Counted from the first letter of the stretch, positions 51,747 to 63,808 are shown. The stretch is 64,000 nt of DNA from Candidatus Limosilactobacillus merdavium (GCA_018883805.1 JAHLFK010000007.1:2448-66447); one strand, 5' to 3'. The notes: generated by a model from the sequence alone, not told the origin. Numbers and translations: made by a program.

Positions 51747-52679
51747 ATGGCAAATAAGGACCATTATGATGTAGTAGTAATCGGTGCTGGACCCGGCGGA
51801 ATGACAGCGGCAATGTATGCTTCTCGGGCAAATTTATCTGTACTGATGCTCGATCGTGGAATTTACGGCGGTAATTTAAATAATACTGCAACGATCGAAA
51901 ATTATACTGGTTTTAAGAGCATTAAAGGACCTGAACTTGCTCAACAGATGTATGATGGCTCAACTCAGTTTGGTGCTGAATATGCATATGGGACGGTAAC
52001 CGGAATTAAGCTTAATGATGATGGAACAAAGATCGTTTCAACAGATATGGATGAGCAATTTACTACTAAAGCAGTGGTGATTGCTACTGGTTCTGAACAA
52101 CGGCATTTGGATGTTCCTGGTGAAGAAGAATATAGTGGTCGTGGTGTTTCATACTGTGCTGTCTGTGACGGAGCATTCTTTAAGGACAAGCCACTAATTG
52201 TTGTTGGTGGTGGTGATTCTGCTGTTGAAGAAGGAATGTACTTGGCCAACCTCGCTTCACAAGTTACCGTTTTGGTGCGCGGCGATAAGTTACGTGCTCA
52301 ACCAATGATGCAAGATGAAGCAATGAAAAACGATAAGATGAAATTCATCTTTAACACTAGTGTGACAGAGATTGTTGGAAACGATACTAAGATTACCGGA
52401 GTAAAGACCCACAATAACAAGACTGGTGAAGATGGTACGATGGATGCTGACGGGATTTTCATCTATGTTGGTAACGTTCCAATGACAAAGCAATTTAGTT
52501 CACTTGGAATCCTCGATGATGCTGGATGGGTAAAGACTGATAATACAATGAAGACCGCTATTCCTGGAATCTTTGCTGTTGGTGATGTTCGAGAAACTCC
52601 ACTACGGCAAATTGCCACAGCGGTTGGTGACGGCTCAATTGCGGGTCAACAAGTTTACCAATACATTCAATCACTTTAA
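51747..52679 (+). CDS. trxB: Thioredoxin reductase
   Basis: GAGPGG, CAVC, GGGDSA, GDVR. Confidence 0.97.
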   Translation: MANKDHYDVVVIGAGPGGMTAAMYASRANLSVLMLDRGIYGGNLNNTATIENYTGFKSIKGPELAQQMYDGSTQFGAEYAYGTVTGIKLNDDGTKIVSTDMDEQFTTKAVVIATGSEQRHLDVPGEEEYSGRGVSYCAVCDGAFFKDKPLIVVGGGDSAVEEGMYLANLASQVTVLVRGDKLRAQPMMQDEAMKNDKMKFIFNTSVTEIVGNDTKITGVKTHNNKTGEDGTMDADGIFIYVGNVPMTKQFSSLGILDDAGWVKTDNTMKTAIPGIFAVGDVRETPLRQIATAVGDGSIAGQQVYQYIQSL

Positions 52680-52689
52680 TATTAATGAC

Positions 52690-52729
52690 AAGGGTGCAAT
52701 TTGAGAAATTCAAATATTGCGCTCTTTTT
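52690..52729 (+). terminator. trxB terminator
   Basis: AAGGGTGCAAT/ATTGCGCTCTT plus T-tract. Confidence 0.65.
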
Positions 52730-52768
52730 ATTAGCATTAAATAGTTGAATTGAGAGACTAGTTAAAAT

Positions 52769-52832
52769 TGTAGTAAAACTTTAGTAAAATAATTAAGTAA
52801 AAGGACACAGGGACTTAATAATGAGTTATACT
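52769..52832 (+). promoter_or_regulatory. pgm promoter with TTTAGTAAA-type (GalR-like) boxes
   Basis: TGTAGTAAA (52769), TTTAGTAAA (52780), TTAAGTAAA (52793); -10 TATACT at 52827. Confidence 0.5.
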
Positions 52833-52867
52833 GGGAACAGATTATGAGAACAAAAGGAGCAATTTTG

Positions 52868-54595
52868 ATGAGCTGGAAAGATACTTACCAAACTTGGAAA
52901 GATCGTTCAGATCTTGAACCAAACTTGAAAAAAGAATTAGATGCAATGCATGATGATAAGGAAATCGAAGATGCATTTTACGCACCAATGTCTTTTGGTA
53001 CTGCTGGAATGCGGGGATTAATGGGTCCCGGTATTAACCGGATGAACGTTTATACTGTTCGTCAAGCTACTGAAGGTTTAGCAACATTAATGGATTCTTT
53101 AGGGGATGAAATTAAGAGCCGTGGGGTAGCAATTAGTTATGATTCACGGCACAATTCTCGCCAATTTGCCCATGATTCAGCTCGGGTATTAGGTGCTCAT
53201 GGTATTAAGGTTTATATTTATGATAATTTACGGCCAACACCAGAATTATCATTTGCTGTTCGTCACCTGCACACCTACGCTGGAATAATGATTACTGCTA
53301 GTCATAATCCAAAGGAATACAATGGATACAAGATTTACGGTGAAGATGGTGGACAAATGCCACCTAAGGAATCTGATATGATGACTGGCTATATCCGTAA
53401 GATCACCGACATTTTTGACATCAAGCTGGCTGATGAACAAGAAATGTTGGATAACGGGATCGAAACGATTATCGGTGAGGATGTTGATGCTGCTTACTTG
53501 GCAAACGCAAAGAGCGTTACAGTTAACGCTGATTTAGCCAAGGAATATGGTAAGGACATGAAGTTCGTCTTCACTCCATTATGTGGTACTGGTCGGATGC
53601 TTGGTGAACGGGCATTACGTCAAGCCGGTTTTACCAACTTCACAATTGAACCAACTGAAGCACAACCAAATGGTGACTTCCCTGGTCTGGAACATCCAAA
53701 TCCAGAATTCCCAGAAGCATTTGTTCGTTCTATTAAATTAGGAAAGAAAATTGATGCTGATGTTTTGATTGCTACTGACCCAGATGCTGATCGTCTTGGT
53801 TGTGCAGTTCGTCAACCAAATGGTGAATACCAATTATTAACTGGTAACCAAATTGCTTCAATCATGTTGGCATATATTCTTGAAGCACACAAGCAAGCAG
53901 GAACATTACCAAAGAATGCTGCTGCAGTTAAGTCAATTGTTTCCACTAACTTTGCTGCTAAGATTGCAGAAAGTTATGGTGTTGAAATGATTAATGTTCT
54001 AACTGGTTTTAAGTGGATTGCTGACCAAATTCACCAATATGAAACTGGTAAAGCAGATCACACCTTTATGTTTGGCTTTGAAGAAAGTTATGGTTACTTA
54101 ATCAAGCCATTTGTTCGTGATAAGGATGCTATCCAATCATTAACCTTATTGGCAGAAGTTGCTGCATACTACAGAAGTCGGAACATGACTTTGTATGATG
54201 GCCTTCAAGAATTGTTCAAGAAGTACGGTTACTTCCGTGAAAAGACCGTAGCCAACATGTACCCAGGTGTTGACGGCCCTGCAAAGATCAAGGGATTGAT
54301 GAAGAAGTTCCGTGAAGAAGCACCAACTGAATTTGCTGGTCACAAGGTTACAGTTACCGAAGACTTCTCTAAGGGAACTAAGACTACTGCTGATGGTCAA
54401 GTTAGTGAACTTGGAATTCCAGAATCAAATGTTCTTCGTTACATTCTTGACGATGAAACATGGATCGCTATTCGGCCATCTGGTACTGAACCAAAGCTGA
54501 AGTTCTACATTGGAACTAGCGCACCATCACTTGATGAATCAAACAGCAAACTAGTTGAATTTGAAAAAGCTTTAAAGGCATTTTCTGAAGAATAA
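52868..54595 (+). CDS. pgm: Phosphoglucomutase
   Basis: FGTAG, TASHNP, DPDADR, FEESYG, RPSGTEPK. Confidence 0.96.
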   Translation: MSWKDTYQTWKDRSDLEPNLKKELDAMHDDKEIEDAFYAPMSFGTAGMRGLMGPGINRMNVYTVRQATEGLATLMDSLGDEIKSRGVAISYDSRHNSRQFAHDSARVLGAHGIKVYIYDNLRPTPELSFAVRHLHTYAGIMITASHNPKEYNGYKIYGEDGGQMPPKESDMMTGYIRKITDIFDIKLADEQEMLDNGIETIIGEDVDAAYLANAKSVTVNADLAKEYGKDMKFVFTPLCGTGRMLGERALRQAGFTNFTIEPTEAQPNGDFPGLEHPNPEFPEAFVRSIKLGKKIDADVLIATDPDADRLGCAVRQPNGEYQLLTGNQIASIMLAYILEAHKQAGTLPKNAAAVKSIVSTNFAAKIAESYGVEMINVLTGFKWIADQIHQYETGKADHTFMFGFEESYGYLIKPFVRDKDAIQSLTLLAEVAAYYRSRNMTLYDGLQELFKKYGYFREKTVANMYPGVDGPAKIKGLMKKFREEAPTEFAGHKVTVTEDFSKGTKTTADGQVSELGIPESNVLRYILDDETWIAIRPSGTEPKLKFYIGTSAPSLDESNSKLVEFEKALKAFSEE

Positions 54596-54608
54596 AATTA
54601 TTTAATCT

Positions 54609-54654
54609 AAAAGGAGCTCTATATCCGAGAAGACCGGATGTAGAGCTCCTTTTT
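54609..54654. terminator. Bidirectional terminator between pgm and the LTA-synthase-family gene
   Basis: AAAAGGAGCTCTATATCCG/CGGATGTAGAGCTCCTTTT. Confidence 0.85.
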
Positions 54655-54666
54655 ATATACAAGTAT

Positions 54667-57591
54667 TTATTTAGCAACCTGCTTAAGGAAAGAATCCTTT
54701 AAGAGATAATGATGACCAGCTGTGAGATCATATTGGACTAGTTTGTAATCGTGGAATAACTTCTTTTGCTTAGCATTAAGCTTAACATGCTTTCCCTTGG
54801 TATTGATGAAGTCAGTTCCTCCTTGATGGGCAGAATTATTCTTGGAAGTCCCATTAGTTGGTAATGAAGTTGCGGGAATCTTTTCTGCAACTTCGGTTAA
54901 CAATGCATAATATGGTGAAACTTTAACATCCATTTGTGCAAGGGCCATTGCGGCGAAGTTATTAGGACCAACAAGCTGATGTTGACCGGTTAAACGATTC
55001 TTATTAATTTTCCGTGCCGCGGCGTTGCTATAGATAAAGTAATCAGTTTCGTGAAGGGGAACACCGAATTTACCCATTGGTAAGCCATGGTAGATACCGG
55101 GAAGGTGATCGCCATACCAAACGACTGTGGTAGGTTGATCAAGCTGATCAAGTTCTTTAATCCATTGTTGGAGCGCTTGATCAGTGTAGTGCAATCCCTG
55201 AATGTAGGTTTCGATTTGGGCTTTTTGATCTGGTGTTTTGAAGCCTTTTCCAGAAACATGATAGTTATTTTTAGCATAATAAGTTGGCTCATATGGCATA
55301 TGGTTCTGCATTGTAGCAAGCTGAATAAATTTACCATGTGGTTGCCGTTTAAGGTTGAGCGTCACTTCTTTATAAGCAGAGTCATCACTTACCCGAGGAC
55401 TATTGTGGATCTTCTTAGTGTAAGTAATCTTACTACCACCATCGAAGTGATAGAACTTATTAAAGCCAAACTTCTTATATACAGTTTTTCGACTATACAA
55501 ATTAGCAGTAAATGGGTGAACCCCAATACTGTAATTGAACAGGTTATTAATCGTAAAAGTCCGTTTTTGATAAGGGACAAGTTGTGAATAAGGAGTTGGT
55601 AAAGTAGGAGAGAAATTAGCTATGGATAAGCCAGTTAATGCCTGGTATTCCATATTAGCAGTTCCACCACCATAACCAGAGCTAAGCATTAATCCGCTGG
55701 TAGAGTGCTTTTTTAATTGATGAAGGTAAGGAATGGGATTACCACTAACCTTCATCCCGGGAACTCGTGATGGATCCGAATAACTTTCACTGAGAACGAA
55801 GACTAAATTTTGATTACCGACACTATTGTGAGTACGATTTTGATTAATTAGTGCACCAACCTTAGTGTAGTGTTTAGCTAATCGATTCATCGTTGCCGCA
55901 GAATAATCTTTGGGCTTATTCATGACGTGAACATCGATGTTATTGGCAAACTGCAAAAGAGTACCGTTCATCTTTGCTCCCCGTAGTTGAGAGTAAAAGT
56001 ATGGAGTGTCATCAATATTTTGTAGTTGCTTATAAACAATTGAATTACTGTGATTAGCAAGAGAAAAACTAAATAGGTAAGCGCAAGAAAGAACGGCGAT
56101 AATAATTCGTGCTGGAATATTAAAGTGTCGCTGCTTACCATAGTGTCGTTCTAACCACCAACTGAAGGTTAATACGATAATTAAAGCAGCGATTACAGCA
56201 ACGATAATCCATTTATTAACCATCCCGAGCATTTCACCAGGGGCGGTTAGGGTTGAAAGATCGGTTGGGATAATGGGCTCATTTCTAGCAGAAATTTTAA
56301 GAACCGAAGCACATAGCCAACCAAGGTAAAAGATAATTGCAATTCCAGAACTCAACCACCACCGGTTAGTGATTGCCATTAGGATGAGTGTGATTGCAAA
56401 GATAATTAGTACGTTTACTGTAATGATTTTTGGTCGTTCAGTTAGCATCCACTGAACCATTGTAAACTTGCCGTCCCACAGGATTGCAAATGAGATTAGC
56501 GTGATTACCCATAAAATTAAATAAGTTAAAAGAACAGGCCAATATTTTTTGCAGAAATGTTTAATTCGTTGAAGAAAATCCCAGTAATCTAATTGCCAAT
56601 CGAATTTATTTCCCAGGAAATTAATTCCGAAAAGAATAAGGTAGAAGGCAATAACAGTTATGATTTCCAAAATACCAATAGTTTGCCAATTAGTTTTTGG
56701 CAAGACAAGTGGTGTAAAGATCATTGGTAATCCCAGAAAGTTAAGCATTAAAATTCCTAAAATTAGGTTTAAGTGATCATAAGGCTCTTTTTTAGGTGTT
56801 CGTAGATACCATGCTGCGATTAATAAACTAGTGAGTAGTAAAAAAGGTTGGTAAGGATTGATCCCCAGTAGGTAGTGGGTATTTGGTGTGAGATCACTAT
56901 GCGGACTATAATCCACATAGTTCATATTTAGCCAGGTAATTAGTGATGAGAAAAGGAGGCTGATTACCGTAAAGAAAGCGTAACGCCCGTTTGACCATTT
57001 TTTCAGCAATTGATGATCATTTGCTAACCAGTCACCAAGGGCAAATAGGTAGAAGAACCAAATTAAACTCGTTCCTCTATGGAAACCAAAGGCATCGTAC
57101 CCATTTATTAAATTGATAATAAAAAATGCTAATGAAAAACCAATTAGCCAGTGACGACGAGTAACTGTTGACCAGCGGTGGCAGAGCTTTTGTAATGGTT
57201 GGGTAAATAAATAAAGCCCCGTACTAACCAACCAAGTAATGAATACCTGCTGAACAACATACAGTTCCGGAGATGGTTGTGCAGAAGTAGTAACTGGCTG
57301 CGTAGTAAATTTGGCCCAGGTGAAAGTGATTGCCCCGACGATCCAAATACCAAGGACAGCCATTTGGCGATTAAATTTTCTATGCTGTTGGTAAGCTCCA
57401 ATTGCAATTGGAACTAAGAGCACAGTTGTACTGATCAGCGTTTTTAAGATCCACCAAAGAATAAAGGGCAATGTCGCCTCATGAAGGTGGGTCAAAAATT
57501 GGCTAGCGGTCCCCAAGAAGCAAAGAATTGCCAGCAAAATGAATATAAGATTTAATTGCTGACCACGATTTTGCTTTAAGCTAGTAAACAT
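54667..57591 (-). CDS. LTA synthase/sulfatase-family membrane protein with an extra ~330-aa N-terminal polytopic domain
   Basis: LSESYSDP, GGGTANMEY (Thr nucleophile), ATMQNHMPY, YGDHLP; K...RNEPIIPTDL membrane motif; 974 aa. Confidence 0.88.
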   Translation of the reverse strand: MFTSLKQNRGQQLNLIFILLAILCFLGTASQFLTHLHEATLPFILWWILKTLISTTVLLVPIAIGAYQQHRKFNRQMAVLGIWIVGAITFTWAKFTTQPVTTSAQPSPELYVVQQVFITWLVSTGLYLFTQPLQKLCHRWSTVTRRHWLIGFSLAFFIINLINGYDAFGFHRGTSLIWFFYLFALGDWLANDHQLLKKWSNGRYAFFTVISLLFSSLITWLNMNYVDYSPHSDLTPNTHYLLGINPYQPFLLLTSLLIAAWYLRTPKKEPYDHLNLILGILMLNFLGLPMIFTPLVLPKTNWQTIGILEIITVIAFYLILFGINFLGNKFDWQLDYWDFLQRIKHFCKKYWPVLLTYLILWVITLISFAILWDGKFTMVQWMLTERPKIITVNVLIIFAITLILMAITNRWWLSSGIAIIFYLGWLCASVLKISARNEPIIPTDLSTLTAPGEMLGMVNKWIIVAVIAALIIVLTFSWWLERHYGKQRHFNIPARIIIAVLSCAYLFSFSLANHSNSIVYKQLQNIDDTPYFYSQLRGAKMNGTLLQFANNIDVHVMNKPKDYSAATMNRLAKHYTKVGALINQNRTHNSVGNQNLVFVLSESYSDPSRVPGMKVSGNPIPYLHQLKKHSTSGLMLSSGYGGGTANMEYQALTGLSIANFSPTLPTPYSQLVPYQKRTFTINNLFNYSIGVHPFTANLYSRKTVYKKFGFNKFYHFDGGSKITYTKKIHNSPRVSDDSAYKEVTLNLKRQPHGKFIQLATMQNHMPYEPTYYAKNNYHVSGKGFKTPDQKAQIETYIQGLHYTDQALQQWIKELDQLDQPTTVVWYGDHLPGIYHGLPMGKFGVPLHETDYFIYSNAAARKINKNRLTGQHQLVGPNNFAAMALAQMDVKVSPYYALLTEVAEKIPATSLPTNGTSKNNSAHQGGTDFINTKGKHVKLNAKQKKLFHDYKLVQYDLTAGHHYLLKDSFLKQVAK

Positions 57592-57745
57592 TCATATCCA
57601 ACTTTCTATCTAGATAAATTTTAAACATTACTATTATATGAATAAATAAAATAATGATTCAAGCGAAGTAAGTAATGATTAATATAAAGTTTAATTTCGG
57701 TTAGATATTGTATCGTGTTAGGACATTAATTGACTTTCATATCAA

Positions 57746-57774
57746 TAGACGAATGCATGTTCTAATGATAAACT
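57746..57774 (+). promoter_or_regulatory. uvrBA promoter with LexA (SOS/Cheo) box
   Basis: TAGACG-17bp-TAAACT; CGAATGCATGTTCT (57750-57763) resembles CGAAC-N4-GTTCG and overlaps the -35. Confidence 0.8.
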
Positions 57775-57863
57775 TATAGGAGATAATTATTACTGTATTA
57801 AAGGAGAGAGCGGCTAAGTTAATTTTCACTCTCTCCATTTTCGAGTGCTGAGGAGGATTAATT

Positions 57864-59912
57864 GTGATATATCGCCAACCTCATAAAAATTTCGAATTAG
57901 TTTCGGATTACAAACCAACTGGTGATCAACCAGAGGCAATTAAAGAGCTCACTACAGGGATAGAGAAAGGTGAAAAAGCTCAGATCCTATTGGGAGCAAC
58001 TGGGACAGGGAAGACCTTTACTATTTCAAACGTTATTGCCAAGGTTAACAAACCAACGTTGATCCTATCCCATAACAAAACGTTAGCTGGCCAGTTATAT
58101 AGTGAAATGAAGAAATTCTTCCCCCACAATGCTGTGGAATATTTCGTTTCTTACTATGATTACTACCAGCCAGAAGCATATGTTCCTTCAAGTGATACTT
58201 ATATTGAAAAAGATGCTTCAATTAATGACGAAATTGATGAACTTCGCCACTCCGCTACTAGTTCTTTAATGGAACGAGATGACGTAATTGTTGTGGCATC
58301 TGTTTCTAGTATCTTTGGACTTGGTGATCCAAGTGAATACCATAATCATGTTGTTTCATTACGGGTTGGCCAAGAAATCGAACGGGATCAATTTCTTAGA
58401 GAGTTAGTTAATATCCAGTTTGAACGGAATGATATCGACTTCCAACGGGGACGGTTCCGTGTTCATGGAGATGTAGTTGAAGTCTTCCCAGCTTCACGAG
58501 AAGATAAAGCATTACGGATCGAATTCTTTGGGGATGAGATTGATCGTATTCGCGAAGTTGATGCTTTGACAGGAGAAGTAATCGGTGATCGGGAACATGT
58601 TTCAATCTTCCCGGCAACTCACTTCTTGACGAGTGAAGAGATTATGGACCGGGCGTTACCACAAATTGAAGCTGATATGAAGAAACAAGTTAAGAAGTTT
58701 ACTGATGAGGGGAAGCTCCTGGAAGCAGAACGGATTCAGCAGCGAACAACTTATGATATTGAAATGCTTCGTGAAATGGGTTACTGCAACGGCATTGAAA
58801 ACTATTCAAGGTACATGGATGGTCGAAAACCAGGAGAACCACCATATACATTGCTTGATTTCTTCCCTAAAGACTTTTTATTGGTAGTTGATGAATCTCA
58901 CCAAACGATGCCTCAAGTTCGGGGAATGTATAATGGTGACCGTGCGCGGAAACAAATGTTGATTGATTACGGTTTCCGGCTTCCTAGTGCGCTTGACAAC
59001 CGTCCATTGAAATTGGATGAATTTGAAAAGCACATTAATCAAGTTGTCTACATGTCAGCAACACCTGGTCCATATGAAATGGAACAGACTGATCATGTTG
59101 TTCAACAAATTATTCGACCAACCGGATTGCTTGATCCAACAATTGAAGTTCGTCCTGTGATGGGGCAGATTGATGATCTTGTTGGTGAAATTAATAAACG
59201 AATTGAAAAGCATGAACGGGTATTCGTAACTACCTTAACCAAAAAGATGTCGGAAGACTTAACTGACTACTTGAAAGATCTAGGGTTGAAGGTTAAGTAT
59301 CTTCATAGTGATATTAAAACTTTGGAGCGGACGCAGATTATCCGTGATCTTAGACTAGGTAAATTTGATGTCCTTGTTGGGATTAACTTGCTTCGGGAAG
59401 GACTAGATGTCCCTGAAGTATCATTAGTAGCAATTCTTGATGCAGATAAGGAAGGGTTCTTACGGAATGAGCGTTCTCTGATCCAGACGATTGGACGGGC
59501 AGCCCGGAATGCTCATGGGTCAGTAATTATGTATGCTGATACCGTTACTGATTCAATGCAAAAGGCGATTGATGAAACTAAGCGTCGGCGGGAAATTCAA
59601 ATGGCATATAACAAGAAGCATGGGATTACCCCGAAGACAATTATTAAGCCAATTCAAGAGGCTATTTCCTCAACTACTAAGTCAGAAGACAGTGGTGAAA
59701 AGGTCTCTGATACTGAATTTACTAGTAAAGACTTTGCTAAGTTAAATCATGATGATCAGTCAAAGATGATCGAAGAATTAACGGAGCAAATGCGGTCTGC
59801 TGCTAAACGGTTAGACTTTGAACAAGCAGCTACATTGCGGGACACCGTGATGGAATTAAAAGCGCAAATGACAGGGAAGAAAACGAAAAAGATGAAGCAC
59901 AGTACAAAATAA
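57864..59912 (+). CDS. uvrB: Excinuclease ABC subunit B
   Basis: [29 protein letters not shown]-terminal UVR domain; GTG start. Confidence 0.99.
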   Translation: MIYRQPHKNFELVSDYKPTGDQPEAIKELTTGIEKGEKAQILLGATGTGKTFTISNVIAKVNKPTLILSHNKTLAGQLYSEMKKFFPHNAVEYFVSYYDYYQPEAYVPSSDTYIEKDASINDEIDELRHSATSSLMERDDVIVVASVSSIFGLGDPSEYHNHVVSLRVGQEIERDQFLRELVNIQFERNDIDFQRGRFRVHGDVVEVFPASREDKALRIEFFGDEIDRIREVDALTGEVIGDREHVSIFPATHFLTSEEIMDRALPQIEADMKKQVKKFTDEGKLLEAERIQQRTTYDIEMLREMGYCNGIENYSRYMDGRKPGEPPYTLLDFFPKDFLLVVDESHQTMPQVRGMYNGDRARKQMLIDYGFRLPSALDNRPLKLDEFEKHINQVVYMSATPGPYEMEQTDHVVQQIIRPTGLLDPTIEVRPVMGQIDDLVGEINKRIEKHERVFVTTLTKKMSEDLTDYLKDLGLKVKYLHSDIKTLERTQIIRDLRLGKFDVLVGINLLREGLDVPEVSLVAILDADKEGFLRNERSLIQTIGRAARNAHGSVIMYADTVTDSMQKAIDETKRRREIQMAYNKKHGITPKTIIKPIQEAISSTTKSEDSGEKVSDTEFTSKDFAKLNHDDQSKMIEELTEQMRSAAKRLDFEQAATLRDTVMELKAQMTGKKTKKMKHSTK

Positions 59913-59929
59913 GGGAGTGTGAGTAATCC

Positions 59930-62782
59930 GTGGCAAACGACAAGATTATTATTCATGGAGCACGTGCACATAATCTAAAGAATATTGATGTTACAATTCC
60001 AAAAAATAAACTAGTTGTAATTACCGGTCTATCAGGATCTGGTAAGAGCTCATTAGCTTTCGATACCTTATATGCTGAAGGACAACGGCGCTATGTTGAA
60101 AGTCTTTCTGCATATGCTCGTCAGTTCTTGGGGCAGATGGATAAGCCAGATGTTGATTCTATTGATGGCCTTTCACCAGCAATTTCAATTGACCAAAAGA
60201 CAACTTCTCACAACCCGCGTTCTACTGTGGGGACCGTTACGGAAATTAATGATTTTCTGCGACTCCTTTGGGCACGGGTAGGAACACCAATTTGTCCGAA
60301 TGATAATATTCCGATTACCAGTCAGTCACCAGATCAAATGGTAGATCGGGTTTTAGAATTGCCTGAAAGGACGCGTTTACAGATTCTTTCTCCAATCGTT
60401 CGCGATAAAAAGGGAACGCAGAAAAAGGTCTTTGAGAAGATCAAAAAGGAAGGCTTTGTCCGGGTTCAAGTTGATGGTGAAACTTATGAACTTGATGAAG
60501 TTCCTGAATTGGATAAAAACAAAAAGCATAACGTTAATGTGGTAATCGACCGGATTATTATCAAAGACGGTGTTCGTTCACGACTATTTGATTCTTTTGA
60601 AGCAGCCCTTCGTCTAAGTAATGGTTATGCAACCGCTGATGTTATTGGCGGAGAACCAATTCCATTTTCCGAAAAGTATGCTTGTCCAATTTGCGGTTTT
60701 ACTGTTGGTGAACTTGAACCACGGTTATTCTCATTTAACGCGCCAATTGGGGCATGTCCGGAATGTGAAGGATTAGGTTCAAAACTGGAAGTTGACGTTG
60801 ATTTAGTTGTTCCAGATCGGAATAAGACTCTCCGTGAAGGGGCAATGATTCCATGGAACCCAATTTCATCCCAATATTATCCACAATTATTGGAACAATT
60901 CTGCAAGTCCGCTGGAATTGATATGGATACTCCATTCAATAAGTTGCCTAAAAAACAACAAAACCAGGTCTTATATGGCAATGGAGACAAAACTTTCCAC
61001 TTCCATTACGAAAATGATTTTGGTGGGGTCCGAGATGTTGATGTTCCGTTTGAAGGAGTTATTAATAACATTAAGCGCCGGTATAAAGAAACTAATTCAG
61101 ACTTTACTCGGGAACAAATGCGCAAGTATATGACCGAGCTACCATGTCCAGCCTGTCATGGTTACCGGTTAAATCAGCGGGCATTGTCTGTTAAAATCTC
61201 TGGACAAAATATCGGTCAGGTTTCTGATCTGCCAGTAAGCAAGGCTATTCCATTCTTTGAAAAGGTGGAACTCTCTGAGCAAAAAGAGAAGATTGCTAAG
61301 CCAATTCTGAAGGAAATCCTTGATCGATTAACGTTCATGAAAAATGTTGGGGTTGATTACCTGACATTGAGTCGTTCTGCACGGACACTTTCTGGTGGTG
61401 AAGCACAACGGATTCGGTTAGCGACCCAAATTGGTTCTAACCTGTCAGGGGTTATGTATGTCCTTGATGAACCTTCAATTGGTTTGCACCAGCGAGATAA
61501 CGATCGGTTGATTTCATCACTTAAAGCGATGCGCGATCTTGGTAATACCCTAATCGTTGTTGAACACGATGAAGATACAATGAGAGCTGCAGACTACATT
61601 GTTGATATTGGGCCTGGAGCCGGTGCTAATGGTGGTCAAGTAATGGCTGCGGGAACGCCAAAGCAAATCATGCGCTCACGAAAGTCATTAACTGGTCAGT
61701 ATTTATCAGGTAAGAAAATGATCGAAGTGCCAAAAGAACGTCGTGAAGGAAATGGCAAGCATATCATCCTCAAGAGAGCAGCACAAAATAACCTTAAGGA
61801 CATTACTGTTGATTTTCCATTGGGTAAGTTTATCTGTGTGACTGGCGTTTCTGGTTCAGGTAAATCAACCTTAGTTAATATGATCTTAAAGCGGATCTTG
61901 GCACAAAAACTAAATAACAATTCTGCAAAACCCGGAAAGTATAAGTCAATCAGTGGTATTAAAAACATTGAAAAGGTGATTGATATCGATCAGTCACCAA
62001 TTGGACGGACGCCACGGAGTAACCCAGCTACCTATACTGGTGTTTTTGACGATATCCGGGAACTCTTTGCCCAAACTAACCAAGCAAAGATGCGTGGTTA
62101 TAATAAAGGCCGATTCAGTTTTAATGTTAAGGGCGGTCGTTGTGAAGCCTGTCATGGTGATGGGATTATTAAGATTGAAATGAACTTCCTTCCAGATGTT
62201 TATGTTCCTTGTGAAGTTTGTCATGGGACAAGATATAACTCTGAGACACTTGAAGTTGAATATAAAGGAAAGAATATTTCTCAAGTACTTAATATGACCG
62301 TTTCTGAAGCATTAAAGTTCTTCAGTGCGATTCCAAAAATTAAACGGAAATTGCAAACGATTGAGGATGTCGGCTTAGGTTACGTTACTCTTGGTCAACC
62401 AGCAACAACGCTTTCTGGTGGTGAAGCACAACGAATGAAACTCGCTGCTGAACTTCACCGTCAATCACACGGAAAGAGTTTTTACATTTTGGATGAACCA
62501 ACAACGGGATTGCATATGGATGATATTAAGCGCCTCTTAGCGGTTCTTCAACGGTTGGTAGATGCTGGCAATACTGTCTTAGTAATTGAACACGACCTTG
62601 ACATGGTTAAATCTGCAGATTGGTTGATTGACCTTGGTCCTGAAGGTGGCGATGCAGGAGGTTACGTTGTTGCTACTGGAACGCCAGAGGAAGTTGCTCA
62701 GGTAAAAGAAAGCTATACTGGTCAATACCTCAAAAAGATGCTTGAACAAGATAAAGAGTTTGCAGCGAAAAAACGTAAATAG
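59930..62782 (+). CDS. uvrA: Excinuclease ABC subunit A
   Basis: [25 protein letters not shown] twice, zinc fingers; GTG start. Confidence 0.99.
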   Translation: MANDKIIIHGARAHNLKNIDVTIPKNKLVVITGLSGSGKSSLAFDTLYAEGQRRYVESLSAYARQFLGQMDKPDVDSIDGLSPAISIDQKTTSHNPRSTVGTVTEINDFLRLLWARVGTPICPNDNIPITSQSPDQMVDRVLELPERTRLQILSPIVRDKKGTQKKVFEKIKKEGFVRVQVDGETYELDEVPELDKNKKHNVNVVIDRIIIKDGVRSRLFDSFEAALRLSNGYATADVIGGEPIPFSEKYACPICGFTVGELEPRLFSFNAPIGACPECEGLGSKLEVDVDLVVPDRNKTLREGAMIPWNPISSQYYPQLLEQFCKSAGIDMDTPFNKLPKKQQNQVLYGNGDKTFHFHYENDFGGVRDVDVPFEGVINNIKRRYKETNSDFTREQMRKYMTELPCPACHGYRLNQRALSVKISGQNIGQVSDLPVSKAIPFFEKVELSEQKEKIAKPILKEILDRLTFMKNVGVDYLTLSRSARTLSGGEAQRIRLATQIGSNLSGVMYVLDEPSIGLHQRDNDRLISSLKAMRDLGNTLIVVEHDEDTMRAADYIVDIGPGAGANGGQVMAAGTPKQIMRSRKSLTGQYLSGKKMIEVPKERREGNGKHIILKRAAQNNLKDITVDFPLGKFICVTGVSGSGKSTLVNMILKRILAQKLNNNSAKPGKYKSISGIKNIEKVIDIDQSPIGRTPRSNPATYTGVFDDIRELFAQTNQAKMRGYNKGRFSFNVKGGRCEACHGDGIIKIEMNFLPDVYVPCEVCHGTRYNSETLEVEYKGKNISQVLNMTVSEALKFFSAIPKIKRKLQTIEDVGLGYVTLGQPATTLSGGEAQRMKLAAELHRQSHGKSFYILDEPTTGLHMDDIKRLLAVLQRLVDAGNTVLVIEHDLDMVKSADWLIDLGPEGGDAGGYVVATGTPEEVAQVKESYTGQYLKKMLEQDKEFAAKKRK

Positions 62783-62792
62783 TGTAAATAAT

Positions 62793-62838
62793 AAGAAGAT
62801 GTTCTCTTGTTGAATTTGACATTAGGATGTCTTCTTTT
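62793..62838 (+). terminator. uvrA terminator
   Basis: AAGAAGATGTTCT/AGGATGTCTTCTT plus T-tract. Confidence 0.7.
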
Positions 62839-62920
62839 TCGTTTAAAGTAAATCATAAAAGACACACCCGGGATGTTGTGATACAATGTTTAGGTATAAG
62901 TGTAGAGAAGAGGGAAGTTC

Positions 62921-63790
62921 ATGGTGAAAAAGATGCAAGTGGTAATTATCACTGGAATGAGCGGTGCCGGGAAGACGGTTGCTGTTCATAGCCTTGAAGA
63001 CTTAGGTTATTTTGTCTTTGATAACATGCTGCCAAATTTAGCAGAGAAGTTTGTTGACGTGATGGAAAAGTCTAGCGAATTCGATAAAGTAGCAATGGTG
63101 ATGGATTCTCGTTCACAGGGATTTTATGACCAGGTTTTGCCGTGCGTTAAGGAGCTTAAAAAGCGTGATGATCTCTCAGTTAGGGTTCTTTTCCTTGATG
63201 CGGATGATGTTAAGTTAATTTCCCGGTATAAGGAAACTCGACGGGCTCACCCATTGGCTCCTCATGGTCGATTATTAGATGGGGTAGCGGCTGAACGAAA
63301 GCTCCTCAGTAATCTTAAGAGTGAGTCAGACATCAGTATTGATACCACCACGTTAACTCCCCGTAACTTAAAATTGCGTCTCAATAAGATCTTTGGTCAT
63401 GGTGAAGGCAGTAACTTCTATATTGAAGTAATGTCCTTTGGTTTTAAGTATGGCTTGCCGTTGGATGCAGATATCGTTCTTGATGTTCGTTTCTTACCTA
63501 ATCCATTCTATATACCAGAATTAAAGCATTTGACAGGAAACGATGCTGCCGTTCAAGAGTACGTAATGAAGAGTCCATTGGTGAAGGAATTCTATGACCA
63601 TTTGAAGTCCCTTTTAGAAACTGCAATGCCAGGTTATATTCATGAGGGAAAGAGTAGTTTAACTATTGCTATTGGCTGTACTGGCGGTCAACACCGTTCA
63701 GTTACCATCGCAAATAGGATTGCTGCTGATCTAAAAGACGATGGCTATCAAGTAAATATTCACCATCGTGACGTTGATAAGGCAAAATAA
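62921..63790 (+). CDS. rapZ: RapZ/YvcJ P-loop protein
   Basis: ITGMSGAGKT, ETRRAHPL, SFGFKYG, DVRFLPNP, GCTGGQHRS. Confidence 0.96.
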   Translation: MVKKMQVVIITGMSGAGKTVAVHSLEDLGYFVFDNMLPNLAEKFVDVMEKSSEFDKVAMVMDSRSQGFYDQVLPCVKELKKRDDLSVRVLFLDADDVKLISRYKETRRAHPLAPHGRLLDGVAAERKLLSNLKSESDISIDTTTLTPRNLKLRLNKIFGHGEGSNFYIEVMSFGFKYGLPLDADIVLDVRFLPNPFYIPELKHLTGNDAAVQEYVMKSPLVKEFYDHLKSLLETAMPGYIHEGKSSLTIAIGCTGGQHRSVTIANRIAADLKDDGYQVNIHHRDVDKAK

Positions 63791-63808
63791 ACACAAAGGA
63801 AGGATTAC

